Assembly: GCF_004010195.1 (NCBI RefSeq)
Contig: NC_057719.1
Span: 38,476,473-38,540,472 of the forward strand
DNA from: Chiloscyllium plagiosum
Taxonomy: Eukaryota
Direction of reading: 5' to 3'
Length of the DNA stretch: 64,000 nt
Shown here: positions 24,353 to 38,185 of the stretch, in pieces
Layout: every line of letters starts with the position of its first letter
Numbering within the stretch: position 1 is the first letter of the stretch
Notes under the pieces: generated by a model
Databases searched by the model: none
What the model was told of the DNA's origin: nothing
The model's input: only the letters and a program-made list of their open reading frames with translations
Program-made: the position numbers and the translations under genes

Positions 24353-25344
24353 CTGAACAATCTGACTGACTAGCAGCTCAGTTGTCCTAGGTGTGCTCTG
24401 ATTCAGCAATGGCCACTGATGGGATTACAGGTAGTTATTGGGTAAAATGACTGGTAGAACCCAGACTGATAAGTAAGTTTGTAATTTTGGATAGGCCTGG
24501 CTGGTAGATTCTGGCAAGTAGACAAGGATGAGAAAAAATGACAATGTTTCAATCATAAGGCAGAACATGTCTTTGAACTGTGCAGGGAATGCCTTGAAGC
24601 AGGTACTTTCTGCTCAACAATGTCCTGTGCTTTAAAATTTGCTGAGTCAATTGCCCTGCCTCGGTCTTCCAGTGATTAAACTAAAACAGTGGCAAAAGCA
24701 CTTAAGTGGCCAATTAGGCCTAAGGACTGGTGCACTATCTGACACTTTCCCTTCTGTAATATGGGAGAACGGTCAGGAGCAATCGAGTCCAGTTCACTGT
24801 GCACATACTAAGCACGAGGCAGTGATTCACTGCCCATTGCAATTCCAAACTGCAACAGGGAATCCCAAAGCCCAATTTAATCTCATTAATTTGGACATTT
24901 CCCCTTGCCCCGCAACTCCCTCTGCTTGAAATTCTTAAACACTTTCCTCTTAATATTATAAGTTAATGTCTCCTTATCGCCGACAAATCTCCAATCAAAC
25001 TGAGGAGACAAGATTGGGTTTTGGGATACTCAGAAAATAATCTAAGTAACTTAAGTTTCGTTTAAGAACTAATATTTCATCTCTGATTTCATCCTAGTCA
25101 AAGCCTGCAATATGGAACATTAATTCCCTTTGTATAAAAAGCACACTCTTAACCATGGCATAAGCACTGCCTTGTAAAAATCTTAGAATGTTTAGGATGG
25201 ATGTTAATAGATTAAGAGTCTAGAACTAGGGAACAAAGGAAAATGAATTAGTCATTTAGAGTGCGGAGAGAAAACATTTCTTCAAAGATCGCAAATTATT
25301 GGAATTCTCTGCTGGCCTGGCAACATCTGTGAAGAAAAATCAAA

Positions 25345-25380
25345 GTTAACATTTCAGGTCTGGTGACCCTTCCTCAGAAC
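25345..25380 (-). ncRNA. Hammerhead motif in the 3' pseudo-LTR of the 2-kb Penelope element
   Basis: GUU-CUGAGGA-A-GGGUC(ACCA)GACCU-GAAAU-GUU/AAC; stem I GUU:AAC. Confidence 0.72.
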
Positions 25381-27258
25381 TGATGGTAGCTAGGAAAATT
25401 TTGGTTCATAGGCAGAAGATAGGGGGTAAGGAGTAAACGATAGGTGGGGATAGAGCCCAAAGAGAGAGGATAGACAAAACAGTCGATAATGATCCAGGTG
25501 TGAGGGAGAATAGACGTTAAAGGAGACTGTTAGTCGCTAACAACAAGTTGTGTATAATGGCATACTATGTGATAAGTCCTGGTGTGTGGGGTAGGGGGCT
25601 AGGACATGGGGGAGTTCAGGCCCTATAATTATTGAACTCAATATTGTTTCTCGAGGGTTGTAGATTCCCCAAGAGGAAAATGAGGTGTTGTGCTTCCAGC
25701 TTCATTAGAGCACTGCAGAAAGCCTGAGACAGAGATATTGGCCAGGGAACAGATGGTGGGTTAAAGTGACAGGCAACTGGAAGGTCAGGGTCTTTTTTTG
25801 CAGCCAGAACATTGGATGACTGCTTTGCAGAGCAACTGTCTATATTATGTTTCCTCATGTAGAGGAGACCACATTGTGAACAGCAAATGTGGTAAACTGG
25901 AATGTGAGAAGAGCAGGTAAAGTGCTGCTTCACCAGGAAGGTACATTTGGGCCCTTAGATACTGAGGAAGGAGGTGGTAAATGCACAAGTGTTATACCTT
26001 CAGCAGTCACAGGGGAAGGTGCCGTGGGGCCGAGGATGGGGTGTAGGAAGTGAAGGAAGAGTGGACCAGGGCATCCCGAAGGGAATGGTCCCTGTGGAAA
26101 GCGGATAAGGGAGAGAAGGGGAATAGGTCTAGCGGTGGTAGAAATGGCGGCTACTGACCTTCTGGATGTGGATGTTGGTGGGATGGTAGGTAAAGACAAA
26201 GGTGAGTCCTATCACTGTTGTGGGAGGGAAGACAGGAGGTGAGGGTGGAAGTGCGGACATAGGTTGGACATGGTTGAAGGCCCTGTTGACAATGGTGCTG
26301 GGGAATCCGCAGTTGAGGAAAAAGGTGGACAATCCTTGTCGAAGGTGGCCTCATCGGAATAAGCGACTTAAATGGAGGAACTGAAAGAACGGAGTCTTTA
26401 CAAGAGACAGGTGTGAAGATGTAAATTCCAGGTAGCTGTGGGAGTCGGTGGGTTTATAGTGGAGATTTGTGGCTATTCTATCCCCAGAAATGGAAACAGA
26501 GATATCGATGAAGGGAAGGGAGGAGTCAGAGATAGAGCAGGTGAAAGTGAAGGTGGGGTCGAAATTGGAAGCAAAATCAATGAACAGTTGCAGATGAGAG
26601 AAGCAAGCAGCACTGATGCTATCAGAGAAATGGTTATGGGTGGGGGCCAGAATAGAATTGGAACAAGAAATGTTCCACACACCCTATGAAGAGACAGGCA
26701 TAACTGGGCCCATGTGAGTATCCAGGGCCTCTGGCCTGAAGAAAATGACAGGTGTTAAAAGAGAAGTTGTTGAGGGTGAGAGTGAGCTCGGTCAAGCAGA
26801 GGACGGTGGTTGGGGACGGTTCAGGCCTTTGCTCGAAGAAGCAACAGAGAGCCCTGAGTCAGTCTTGATGGGGATGGATGTATAAACGGTTTGCACATCC
26901 ATGGTAAATAGGAGGCGGCTGGAATGTGCAAACTGGAAATTCTAAAACTGGCATTAAGTGTCAGAGGAATTACGGATGTATGTGGGCAGGGTCTGGACCA
27001 GGGAGAAAAGACTGATTAAAGATGGGAAGATATGAGGCCTGTGGGGCAGGAGCAGGCTGAAACAATGAGTTTGCCCATGTAGTCTGCCATTACACACGTT
27101 GGCCACTAAGTCTTCATTACCAGCTATTCACCTTCCCAGCCAGATTGTTATAATCTCCTGTATCTGTCCAACTGTCCTTCTCTCTATTTAGGCTCTATCC
27201 CTACCTTTGGTTTGTCCTTACCCCCTCTCCCACCCTGTCTTCTACATATAAACTGTCC

Positions 27259-27294
27259 ATTCTGAGGAAGGGTCACTGGACCCGAAACATTAAC
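27259..27294 (+). ncRNA. Hammerhead motif in the inverted pseudo-LTR
   Basis: AUU-CUGAGGA-A-GGGUC(ACUG)GACCC-GAAAC-AUU/AAC. Confidence 0.7.
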
Positions 27295-27651
27295 ATGAAT
27301 TTCTCTTCACAGATGCTGCTCGACCTGCTGAGCTTTTCCAGCAGCTTCTGTTTATGTTTCTGATTTACAGCATTCGCAGTTCTTATGGTTTTTATCAGAG
27401 TTCTCTACCTTCCCATTCTAAATTACTTAGTGTGTAAACTTTTAGTTCAAAGTCTAGTTCCAGCAAGTATTGAAGAAACTGTGTTTACTAGTCCTTTGAT
27501 TTAGGGAAACTAGATTATTGAATGGCTAAAGATGACATTTGTGGAGGCCTATTCAATTAGGAGCAATGCCACAAGAAATAAATAGCAGTGCTGCTGAATA
27601 GATTTAACAAAAGTGCAGTACGAGGAACGAGTTTGATAATTAATATCATAC

Positions 27652-27800
27652 CTCTCAAATGCCATATTAGTGGCTTTCACTCTACTTAGCTCTTCCTGTA
27701 CCAGTTGCTTAGCACGTATTTCTGCTTCAAGAGCAGACTGTAACTCTAATCTAGCTGACATATCCAACTTTGCACTGCGTCTCACTTTCCACAAAGGATC
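27652..27800 (-). CDS. CDC42BPB: Exon ~19, DMPK-type coiled coil: [49 protein letters not shown](S)
   Basis: ORF 27549..27794; 149 bp; [18 protein letters not shown] is beta-type. Confidence 0.96.
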
Positions 27801-28873
27801 CTGAAAGAATATGATCAGACACAGGAAATTAACATAACAACTTGTCTGAAAATGTTAAAAACTTGGCGGAGTTACCAGTCCTGAAATTACGAGGGGACTG
27901 AATTAGTTCAAGTTTGAAATATCCTACGTTAATAATATCTAGCATCATTAATGGCCATTAAGAGTTTGGATTCTCATACTAATAAATGCTTGGAAATACA
28001 AAACTTAACTATTGCTTAATGATTAGAAGTTGAACCTTTTCATCTTGTACTTATCAAAACCAGAATTAAAGTAAATGGTTAATTGTTCCTGCTGCAGTAC
28101 CTTGCCAATTATGGCCAAACCAATCAGCACCACCTCATTTTGTATAAAATGTTGCCTCTTTTTTCAAGTCTATTCCTTGTGTCCTAGTTCTGACAAGTGC
28201 AAGATGTAACCCTTCCATTCAGCAATGTTTAAGATACTCACATTAAGTAAATTCTAAAACATGATTGTGGCACCACTGCTCACTTCTTAAATGCAAGGAG
28301 TGTGGAAGCTATATATAAATATATACATACACATAAAAGATACATACACAGAGCATTAAGTGAGGCTGCCCAAAAATTAGATGCTAACATGGTTTATATT
28401 TGTTGAACTTGACCACTCCATTAACAAAGTAAAATCAAAATGATGGCACATTTCCCTCAGGTTGTAGGTAACCAGTAGCTAATAACAATGTGCTATCTTT
28501 ACCAGAAAGATTTATTGCTACTCTGTAGTTGTAGTGTTATACAAAATTAGAGATTTATCAATTAAATTTACCAAGTTTCGCAAATAGCAATACATTGATT
28601 CTTCAGAAATTGCTTCGCGAATGTATTGATGAAGCAGGCCTAGAGATTAGTTGTTAATTGACATAGAAAGATAAATTTGTTATTTTGTTCAGAGGTTATT
28701 CACTCATAAATGGCGCTTTGCCTTAAAACCTATATAACCCATATCAAGACTTGCACAAGACTGCAAGCGAATATTTCTAATACAAATTACATCCATTAAT
28801 TTGTAGTAAAAACAAAGTTAACATGTATAAAGGCGAAGCTCAAACAAACAAGAGTAAATGACTATTACAATCA

Positions 28874-29038
<165 letters not shown>

Positions 29039-29074
29039 TTACACTGACAATTTTGGAAACAGGGTCTAATAGGA

Positions 29075-29380
29075 ATGGGATGAGACTCGTAATTCAGAAC
29101 CCCAGGTCAACGTTCGGCAGATGGCGAAATTTGAATTCAGCAAATATCTGTGGAATTGAAAGCTGGTCTAATGGCAACCACATAATTGTTGATCACATTT
29201 AAAAACATTGCGATTCCCTAATCCGATTAGGAAAGGAAATCTGCCACTCTGTACCTAGGTCTGGCCTGTGTGTGACTGCAGATCCACAGTAATGTGACTG
29301 ACAACTGCCCTCTGGCCAGTTAGGGATGGACATAAATGCTGTCCAGGCAGTGATGTCCACATCTCATGAACAAATAAAAA
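29075..29380 (+). mobile_element. SINE sharing its 3' tail with the LINE at 47410-47950
   Basis: Ends gggatggacataaatgctg..gatgtccacatctcatgaacaaataaaaa; minus-strand tails at ~1670-1780, ~36230-36310 and ~53690-53770. Confidence 0.6.
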
Positions 29381-29529
29381 TATTCTTCTGCAATCTTGTA
29401 TTATGTTCTTTACTCCATCATTTTATGCTTGTTTTATATAGTTTGTAATTAGCCATTTGGTTTAAAAGTTTTAAAGTTGTATACTCTATTCTAAAAAGCA
29501 TTCAACAGCAAATATAATAAATTGCTTTG

Positions 29530-30150
29530 TGTTATGGACAAGGCTATACCCCTCAAAACATTTCAAGAAGGCGGCCCAGACCTTAACTTTGTTAGTTGTT
29601 TTAAGCAGATGTAAATGGATACTCCAGGAGAAAATTAGCTGGTCAAACCACCTAGCTTTAAACAAAACAGAATTTATTTTCAAGATTACTGAATGAAACA
29701 CAAACAACAGAAAACAGAATACCGAATAACTTAACCTCTCCAAAAACCCAACAGATCATCCCAACTTAATGATACTGTTCCAAATACTTGCAACCATCTT
29801 CATAAACACTCCTTGGCACAAAATGTAAAATCAAAAACAGGGTCTTACAGGATTAGAAGTCAGAGAGGAAGTGCCAACAGCTTTTCCCCCCCACCCCCTC
29901 CCTCCCCCCATACTACTGCTTAAAAAAAAGTAAACCATAGTAAAGTTGAGTTTGGAGAATTGGCCACTCCTTTTTCATTTTACAAAGTTTTTTTAAAACT
30001 TGAAAGCCTCTGCCTGAGGCAGTATCTGTTAGCTATGATCAAATTGCCCCTAAAACCCTAGAACCCCAGAATCTTCGGAGTTTGTATCATTTACGACCTC
30101 TAAAAGAAAAACCAACTGCATAAGCTTGTTAAAGGAGCAGCTTTGTCTCA
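29530..30150. mobile_element. Probable solo LTR, 621 bp
   Basis: TG...CA termini with 4-bp TSD tttg (29526-29529 and 30151-30154); minus-strand AATAAA near 29675. Confidence 0.62.
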
Positions 30151-30543
30151 TTTGTTAAATATCAGAATTTTTGAAAACAAGACTCTTTGAAATATTTTAA
30201 TATTCTGCCTCTAGATTGTATTCAACCTCCAACACCCTTGACTTTCTTGTCAAAAATCTGATCTAACTCAGCTTTGAACATACTCAATGACCTGGACACA
30301 CATTCTTGGGAAATTCACACATAATTAAGGATTTATGGGGAGCTGTTTTTAAAATATTTGAAAATACAGAGTGCTAATAAGTGGCAGTCATTTGTACACA
30401 TGCAAATAAATGATTTCTTGCTTTATAATAAATACACAATACAAGATAACCTAGTAGTACTAGAGAAACCAGAATCAATCATCGAAATGACTATAACAGT
30501 AGCAGTAGATAATTCTATTTGTAAAGGAATCTTAAAAACATAC

Positions 30544-30668
30544 CATTGTATAATCTCTGCAATCTGAGCTTCCCAGTGAGCCACTGACTCTTTTCTTGCT
30601 GCAAGGTCCTGCAATTCATCTTCAAGTCGTCTGTTCTGCGTTGTAAGCTTATCCACAAATGTGCACAT
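30544..30668 (-). CDS. CDC42BPB: Exon ~17: [42 protein letters not shown]
   Basis: ORF 30423..30710; 125 bp; CAG/GTATGT. Confidence 0.96.
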
Positions 30669-30844
30669 CTGAAAATCAAAAGCTAAAAATTCTAAATTGG
30701 GAATAAACAAATACTTCCAAATGCATTGTTTGTGAATACTTCAAATAGAATATTATAAATTAGCATTGAAATAAAATATTTTTTAAAGCCTAGTAAATGT
30801 TTAAATCTTTGAGAGCTCAAACACAATTTGATTAAACAACTAAT

Positions 30845-32000
30845 AATACCATAAGAAACAGTAACAGGAGTAGGCCATTCAGCCCCTCGAATCTACTTCA
30901 CCATTCAACTGGATCATGGGAGATCCAATACTTTCCTGCATTTTTCCATAGCACTTAATTCCCAGACTGATCAAGAATTTATCTGTCTCAGCCTTAATAT
31001 ACATAAGGACTCTCTGTGGCACGCAGTTCCAAAGACTCTCAACCCTCGGAGAAGAAATTCCCCCATATCTTAGTCTTAAATTTGGAACCCTTAATTCTGA
31101 GACTATGCCCTCTGGCCCTAGAATCTCCCATGAGGGTAAATATCCTCTCAACATTGACCGTGTCAAACTCCTTAACAATCCTTTTTTGGTGAGATCACCT
31201 TTCATTCTTTTAAACTCCAGCGAAGAGATTCCCAACCTGTTTCGCCTTTGCACGTAAGACAATCCCTCTATAACAGGGATCATCTGCGTGAACATACTCT
31301 GAAATTTTTCCAATGAAATCATATCCTTCCTTAAATAAAGGCACCAAAACTGCTCACAGTACTTCAGATGTGGTCTCACCAGAACCTTGTACAGTTGCAA
31401 TAAGACTTCCCTACTCTTATACTGTAACTTCCTGAAATAAGAATATTCCATTAGCCTTTCTGATTACATGCTGCAGCTAAATCTAACTTGCTTTATTTCA
31501 TGCACAAGTACCCATATGTCCCCCTGTATTGCACCTTTCTGCAAATTTTCTCCTAAATAATATTGGGCTTTTATTCTCCCTTTCAAAATGTACAACTTCA
31601 TATTTTCCCACGTGATACTCCATTTGCCAACATTTTTCCCACTTACTTCAGCTATCAACATCTCCTTGTAAACTTTTGCAAATTGTCTTTGCCTTTATTT
31701 TACAAATTTGGTTTCAGTACATTTGCTTCTTTCCTCCAAGTTATTAATATATAGTAAACAGCTGTGGCCCCAGTACTGCTCCCTGTGGAATTCCACTTGT
31801 TCCACTTGTGTGGAAAAAAACCCACCTTATTCCCACTTGCTGTTCCTTGCCCTTTAGCCATTCTCTTTCAATGCCAATATACTAACTCCAACATTGTAGG
31901 TTCTTATCTTATGGCTTATCCTTTTGTGAGGTACTTTGTTAAATGCCCTCTGGAAGTCCAAATACAACACAGTCATTGTTTCCCTTCTGTTCACTCCAGT
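30845..32000 (-). mobile_element. CR1 LINE 3' fragment
   Basis: ORF 30879..31451: YKSREVLLQLYKVLVRPHLKYCEQFW..LEKFQSMFTQMIP. Confidence 0.88.
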
Positions 32001-33137
32001 TGTTAGTTCATATGAGTTTACAACAAATCAAACAATATTTTTAAATAAAGCATACAAATGCCTCATTCCATCCTTATCCAAAGTCCGAGCATGAACAACA
32101 ACAACAACAACAATCAAGACAAAGAAACCAGGCTGATGTTCTTGTTCGAAAACCTACAACCATTAAATACTGGGCTCAGTTGCTATGACCAAACAGATGA
32201 AGGGTCCTCCACCTGAAACACGGTGTGGAATTTAGTTCCTGGGATGGAGCTTCCCTTACTGGTGGCAGAACCAGTGTGAATCACATGTTGCTCCTGTACA
32301 CTGGGGCAAATCTTTTTTAATTTCAACAAGGCACCCGAGTGGCTAGTTTCAGCTGTCATCTCAAATTATATCCCCAATAAGTAGAAATCCAACCCTGAAG
32401 ACTGCTGGCCAACAGCTCACCATTTCTGGCAGTGCCACCAGGAGCAATAGCTACAGTGTGGAATGGTTTAAAGCCTGTACTAGGGATACTGTTAGATCCA
32501 TAAGGGGCAGGATGGGGATTGTAGGGAGAGGGCGGTTGGAGTAGACGGAGTATATAAAGTAGACGATTGATCAAGGTGGTGACAATCAACCAAGCAAACA
32601 ACCAACCACACCACCCTCAAACTTCCTGATGCTGAGCAACTTAATCAGAGACCTGTACAAATTACCTTTTATCCAAATTTTATTAAATTTCCATTAAATA
32701 CTTGCAGGCTTGAGGATAATTGGCTCTAAATGGCTCATTGGTGAGTCTAATTGACATCTCACTGCCAGTGAGCAAAATTTTAATTGCCTTACCTCTCAAC
32801 ACTAAATTAAGGACAGTGTTCCTGGTCCCAGAAATCAGATGTGGGTAATTCCTATTCAGTTCTCTCAGCTCCCTCCCCCGTTTATGCTCCCTCCAGTGGG
32901 TCACAATAATCATCTTTCCATTGATGCTGCAGACTTGCTGAGTACTTTCAGTATTTTCGTTTTTTTACTTTAGGTCCAATTACTGCAGTGCTGAGATGAA
33001 CAATCTTGCGTTTTATCCACCAATTATGCAATATAGATAATTAATATAAACATTTTGAATCCTTTATAAAAACGTTCAGCTAAACAGTCAACACTGTTGT
33101 GGGTCGACAACATTATTGTCGACAATGCTGTGACTAC

Positions 33138-33423
33138 ATTAGATTAGATTCCCTACAATGTGGAAACAGGCCCTTCGGCCCAACTAGTCCACAATGACCC
33201 TCCAAACAGTAACCCACCCAGACCCATTTCCCTCTGACTAATGCCCCTAACACTACGGGCAATTTAGCATGGCCAATTCACATCTTTGGACTGTGGGAGG
33301 AAACCCACGCAGACACGGGGAGAATGTGCAAACTCCACATAGACAGTCGCCGAAGGCTGGAATCAAACCTGGGACCCTGGTGCTGTGAGGCAGCAGTGCT
33401 AACCACTGAGCCACTGTGCTGCC
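33138..33423 (-). mobile_element. tRNA-derived HE1-type SINE, near full length
   Basis: Minus strand starts ggcagcacagtggctcagtggttagcact (A box), then caggtttgattcc (B box), gtggagtttgcacattctccccgtgtctgcgtgggtttcc core, CR1-like tail with (ATCTA)n. Confidence 0.88.
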
Positions 33424-34126
33424 CAATTGTTTAATAGTATTGATCTTCCAATTATTACAGATCATCTATATATTCAGTACACATCATATATACCATAAAC
33501 AGAATATTTACTTTTACCAGGATTTAGGGCTTCTACCACATGCACACCAACAAAAATATCAAATGATCCTAGTTGGATTAAACTGCCTCTTTTGAATAAT
33601 TCATTGGTACAAGCCTTATCCTTGGCACAGCCATAACTTTTTGTGAAGCTATAGCTACAAATCCAGATGTCAGCAACTGACTCTGCCAGGCAATGAAACT
33701 AAGTCAGCAACAATAGGCAAGTGTCAGTGAAACCTATGAAGTCACTAATACTTTTTGATGTATTTATTTCAAAACAAATTACTCAAGTCCTACTAAAGAT
33801 CAATTTCTATCTCAATCTTGTCATAAGACTGTATACATCTGATAACACTTCACATCAAAAATAAATTTTTGGGGTATTTCATACATTTTTACATGAACAT
33901 TTGCATGAATTAATGTTTGAACTAATATCTTTAAATAAGTAAACTGAATAAAATGAATAAATACTTTTGACTGAACATTGTGAAGGTCTCAATAAATGCT
34001 CTACCTGTTTGCAATTTTTCTCAATCTATCTAAATTTTGCAAATTAATTAATTAATGCAAATGTTAACACCACAGAATTAATGATGGAGAAAAATATTAC
34101 TTGAAATATCAAGTGAAGTGACTTAC

Positions 34127-34232
34127 TCGATCATTCTCAGCTGAAAATTTCTTGTTCTCTTCAATGAGCATGTTTCGTTCACATTCATATTTCTTTTTCA
34201 GTTCACCAAGGGTTTCCTCCATCTCATTGTGC
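34127..34232 (-). CDS. CDC42BPB: Exon ~16: [35 protein letters not shown]
   Basis: Manual translation; 106 bp; AAG/GTAAGT. Confidence 0.93.
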
Positions 34233-35229
34233 CTTCAAACATAATAACAAACACAAATAGACTCAGCACTTTTCTTTTACATTCACATTGGTATTTTTTT
34301 AATAAACCTCACTATCCATCTACACAGATGATCTGTGAAAGGTTGTTAGAACTAAAATTTAAACCTAAGGTTAAATTGTAACGCAAGTCTCTTGCTTATC
34401 CAAACTACATACAAAAGTTCAGAGAAAGGATAAATAAAACATTCACAACTTGACTATCTACTTGATAGTACAATTTTGTACATGTTGAGCATAACAGTTA
34501 AATGAGGCTTACACTTCCAAATATGAGCTAGAAGCAATATAATCTTTTTAAATCTTTAAAGTAGTGTCCTCAATACTTGCATTTATATCAATTGAATTGC
34601 TCCCAAATACATAAAAGGATTAAGAAAGAAATATGTCTGAAGCCATTATGTTAAATTTAACCTAAAACATTTACTGGCCCAATATCTATTACCTCATATT
34701 ATATTAATTTGGTTTTGGTTAACAGATTTTTGATATTGAGTATGTGAAGTAGAGAGTTAACAGGCTTCATAGTGTTACTTTTTTCTCTGTGTATCTAACT
34801 GTATGGCAGCAACCATCATGAGTAAAATTAAGTCATGATTAGCCACAAAACATTTAACTATTTATTAAAGTAAGGATCGGTTCTTTTCTCCTCATTCTTG
34901 GACTTTCTTACTATGCTGAGGTTCCCCAGAAGGGCTTTTGTTTCCTTAATATGGGAAGGCATCTGATCTGTCCTCTTGCCAATAATGACATAAGAGATTG
35001 AGATAATATCATTGTAGGTTAAAATTCATGATGTGCCATTTCTTTGTATAATACTTTAAAATTCCATCAAGATCAATGTTATCAAGGCAGTTTTCAATGT
35101 GGGGTTTTCTCCTATTCTTCAACAAGATATTTCTCAAACTTCTATTTTTTTGAGCAAAGCTCTTAAAAACAATTTATCTCAATTTAAAGCAGGTAATTCC
35201 TTCCTTTGTGCCTTCCTCTGGTTAATTAC

Positions 35230-35474
35230 CTGTCCCTCTTGGCTTTCTCCAATTTGTCCTTTAATATCATGACATCTTTTTGTAGAGCTAAATGCTGAGC
35301 ATCAGAATCATGGAGCTCCTTTTTAAGGTTCTTAATTTCAGTGCTGTGAGCAGCTTCACACCTCACCAGTTCCTCTTCATAGAAAACCAGTTTCTTCTCC
35401 AGCTCCGCTTTTACCTTGGAGAGTTCTTGCTGGTGCTGCAAGCTGGATCCAGCAGCCCGACCACCTTGCTTCAG
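35230..35474 (-). CDS. CDC42BPB: Exon ~15: [43 protein letters not shown]...[11 protein letters not shown]
   Basis: ORF 35226..35441; 245 bp; TAG/GTAATT. Confidence 0.95.
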
Positions 35475-35987
35475 CTAAGCACATATGGAGAAAATAGTTG
35501 AAACAAGCTTAAGATACAAAAAAAGCCCTTCTTGGAGATTAATCACTAATACAACTCCTTTGGCCAAGGCAGTTGGAATATTAATCTCAACACAGTATTC
35601 CAATACTTTCCTCTTGCTTGGATGTCAACCTATTCATTTAAATATGAAACCTGAATAAGTGAGAATAAATTGTCTTTATGAATCTTGGAGTGTGTCCTGT
35701 TTTACATTTATCTTTCTAATTCATCAATATTTTTCCTTCAAATAAAAACACAATTTATTTCTCAAACAAAAACAAAGTAATACAGATACGAAAATAAAAC
35801 TTGCTGGAGAAAGTCAGCAAATCTGAAAGTTTCTGAGAGTAGAGAACAAAGTTATCATTTCGAGGCCAATATGACTCTTAGGTGTGAATTTTATTTCTTT
35901 CTCCACAGATGCTACCAGGCTTGTGGAGTTTCTCCATCACCTCATGTTTTCATTTAATTGCTTAAAATTATTTCCATGTATTCCAAC

Positions 35988-36098
35988 CTTTAATGCTTCC
36001 AATTCACTTTCCAGTTGTTTGGAATAAGTCTCGCCGTGTTCTCGAAGCTTTCGCTCCTTTGATGCTTCAGCCATAGAGTCTTCCAACTTGGCTTCCAG
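35988..36098 (-). CDS. CDC42BPB: Exon ~14: [37 protein letters not shown]
   Basis: Manual translation; 111 bp; TAG/GTTGGA. Confidence 0.94.
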
Positions 36099-37769
36099 CT
36101 AAGGAGAAAAGAAAATATTCACTACAAACCTGCACACCGTATTTTACATTTATCACCAGAGAAGTGATACTCAAATCCTTTCGGTACAATTGATTACTTA
36201 CTGCCACTGTCGGAAACAAAATTATCTTTTTGCTTATTCAGGCATGAGAAATGGCCATTGCTGGCTGGGCCAGCATTCATTGTCCATATATAATTGCACT
36301 TGGGAAGATGCTGGCAAGCTTCAATAAGTGGCATATTAAAGGTGGAAAAACTAAAACAAGAGCAATATTTCATTGAACTGATGCTTAGCAACTCAGTGAA
36401 TGTCATGGGCATTTGTGGAGTATGACATCATTAATTTCAAGGAGACCACATTCAACAGTTCTCAATTTGACAGCAGTAGGCAACAGAACTGATTGCAGCA
36501 TAGCTGGATTAAGGAAGAAAACAACTGATCTGGGTACCTTATCCTGCTGGAAGTGGGCAAGGTCAGAATTAGGTTCAATTATGATTTCTTTGCAGCTTCT
36601 AGTAAACTAACCAACAAAAAAGCTAAAAGGTCAGGTCAAGTGAGGATGGCCAGGTGGGGTTGACAGAATGTGCACCATCTCAATGCCAGTGCAGAAGTTT
36701 CAGGAGAAAGGGAACAAGAAGAATGCATGTGGTGGGAATAGGGGAAAGGATAGAAAAAAATACGTTTGGTATTGTGTTCATGTCATGTTCCATAGAACTG
36801 CACTGCATTTAAATATATGTCAAATATTGTAGGTTCATACGGTCCATAAAAGAGTGTAAATTGCAAGATGCTATATATATTACCAAAAGAATGGAACAGA
36901 CTTCACATATCTTTATAAACACATTTGTCAAAACATCATTCCTCTGAAGGTTAAAGTAGTAAATTTAGATCTATACAATTCATGTGAATAATTAACATCA
37001 TATACTTAACGCTTCTTCCATCAGTAGCTCATTTCTTTCTCTTTTCTCACACAAAGTAAAATAATGGTCACATTATTTACTGTTTACAGTCTACTGTAGG
37101 CAGTGGTATTGCACAAGTTCTCTGTTGTCCCTGTTTCCCCAAAACATTGCTTATAACAATAAATCTCAGATCTCTCAACAGAAGGTTGAGTGAAAATTGC
37201 TGTGTGTCATTTTTATGCTAAGATGGAACATCAAAGAATTACAATTTGGGATTTACTTCCTCAAACTCAAACAATTTTAATGCATAGGAATTTATTATCC
37301 TTATTATCCTTACGAGTGATTGATCCGAATCCATTTTCAGTTGTTCAATATGTGAATATTTCAATATAGTGCCTGAAACAGCATGGTGCCAATGCTAATG
37401 TATATCGGACTTACGGGATAGGTTTTGCTATAATAATTTTCCTTGCAAACCCAGAAAATTGTAGAGAACAGCAACACAATAATGAAATTATGTAAACTAG
37501 ACTTATTCCCATATTAGATTCCTCTCAATGATGTTGCATCAGCAAAGATTTCTCAGAATACAAATTTTTTTGTATTGATCTTGTGTGAGATAGGTCAGGG
37601 TTAAACTGTTATGTTAACATATTACCTCACTTTATTTCCAATTCTTTTCAGAATTAGAATCTAAGGAAGGGACAATAATGAGGAGGAAATTGTTAAACAT
37701 TGAAAGATACTTGTCAATTGTTGCTCTTGACATTATAAAATTAAAATAGAAAACTGGGGAGAAAAACAA

Positions 37770-38185
37770 ACATGATCAAGGAACTAGAACAGGTCACTCA
37801 GCTCTTTGAGCTTACTTTGCCATTTGATAAGATCACGGTTGATCTCATTTTAACCTCAACTCTATGTTCTTGCATTTCCCGACAACCCTTCGCAATCAAG
37901 CATTTATCTACTCTACCTTAAACGTACTTAAAAATTCTGCATCCACTGCCTTGTGAGGAAGGCAATTCCAAAGATTCACAATCCTCTGTTTCAAATGAGT
38001 GACACCTTATTTTTAGTCTGTGACACCTAGCTCTCCCACAAGAGGATCTTCAATGTTTTAACTAAGTCACCTCTGACTCTTCCAAACCTCAAAGGGTACG
38101 GGCCTAGTCTGACCAGCTTTTCCACATTAGGCAATATATTCATTCCAAGTCTGGTAAACCTTCTCTGAACTGCCTCCAATGTAAG
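37770..38185 (-). mobile_element. Old CR1 3' remnant; similar pieces at ~23590-23900 and ~62375-62720
   Basis: Decayed similarity to the minus-strand CR1 3' ends at 30845 and 45190. Confidence 0.6.

Larger units (their letters stand above)
25311..27395 (-). mobile_element. Decayed 5'-truncated Penelope-like retroelement (RT and GIY-YIG remnants) with inverted pseudo-LTRs
   Basis: Minus-strand remnants LTLNNFSFN..MGPSYACLFIG and LPFIDISVSISGDRIATNLHYKPTDSHSYL (RT/thumb), and FTCSS..VYHICCSQCGLLY..PVACHFN (GIY-YIG), with frameshifts. 25311-25570 and 27080-27395 are diverged inverted copies. Confidence 0.88.

Noticed and set aside
30879..31451. Longest ORF (190 aa) as a separate gene; likewise 18235..18684 and 11400..11921
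   Set aside because: These are decayed CR1 ORF2 C-termini or their antisense frames.
32095..32113. (CAA)n; also (GTA)n near 23278-23292 and (ATCTA)n at 42021-42050
   Set aside because: Ordinary microsatellites or a SINE tail. No spacer-separated array or CRISPR-like structure was seen in the window.
33350..33423. tRNA-like A and B boxes, also at 51768 and 7478
   Set aside because: SINE heads; no complete cloverleaf.
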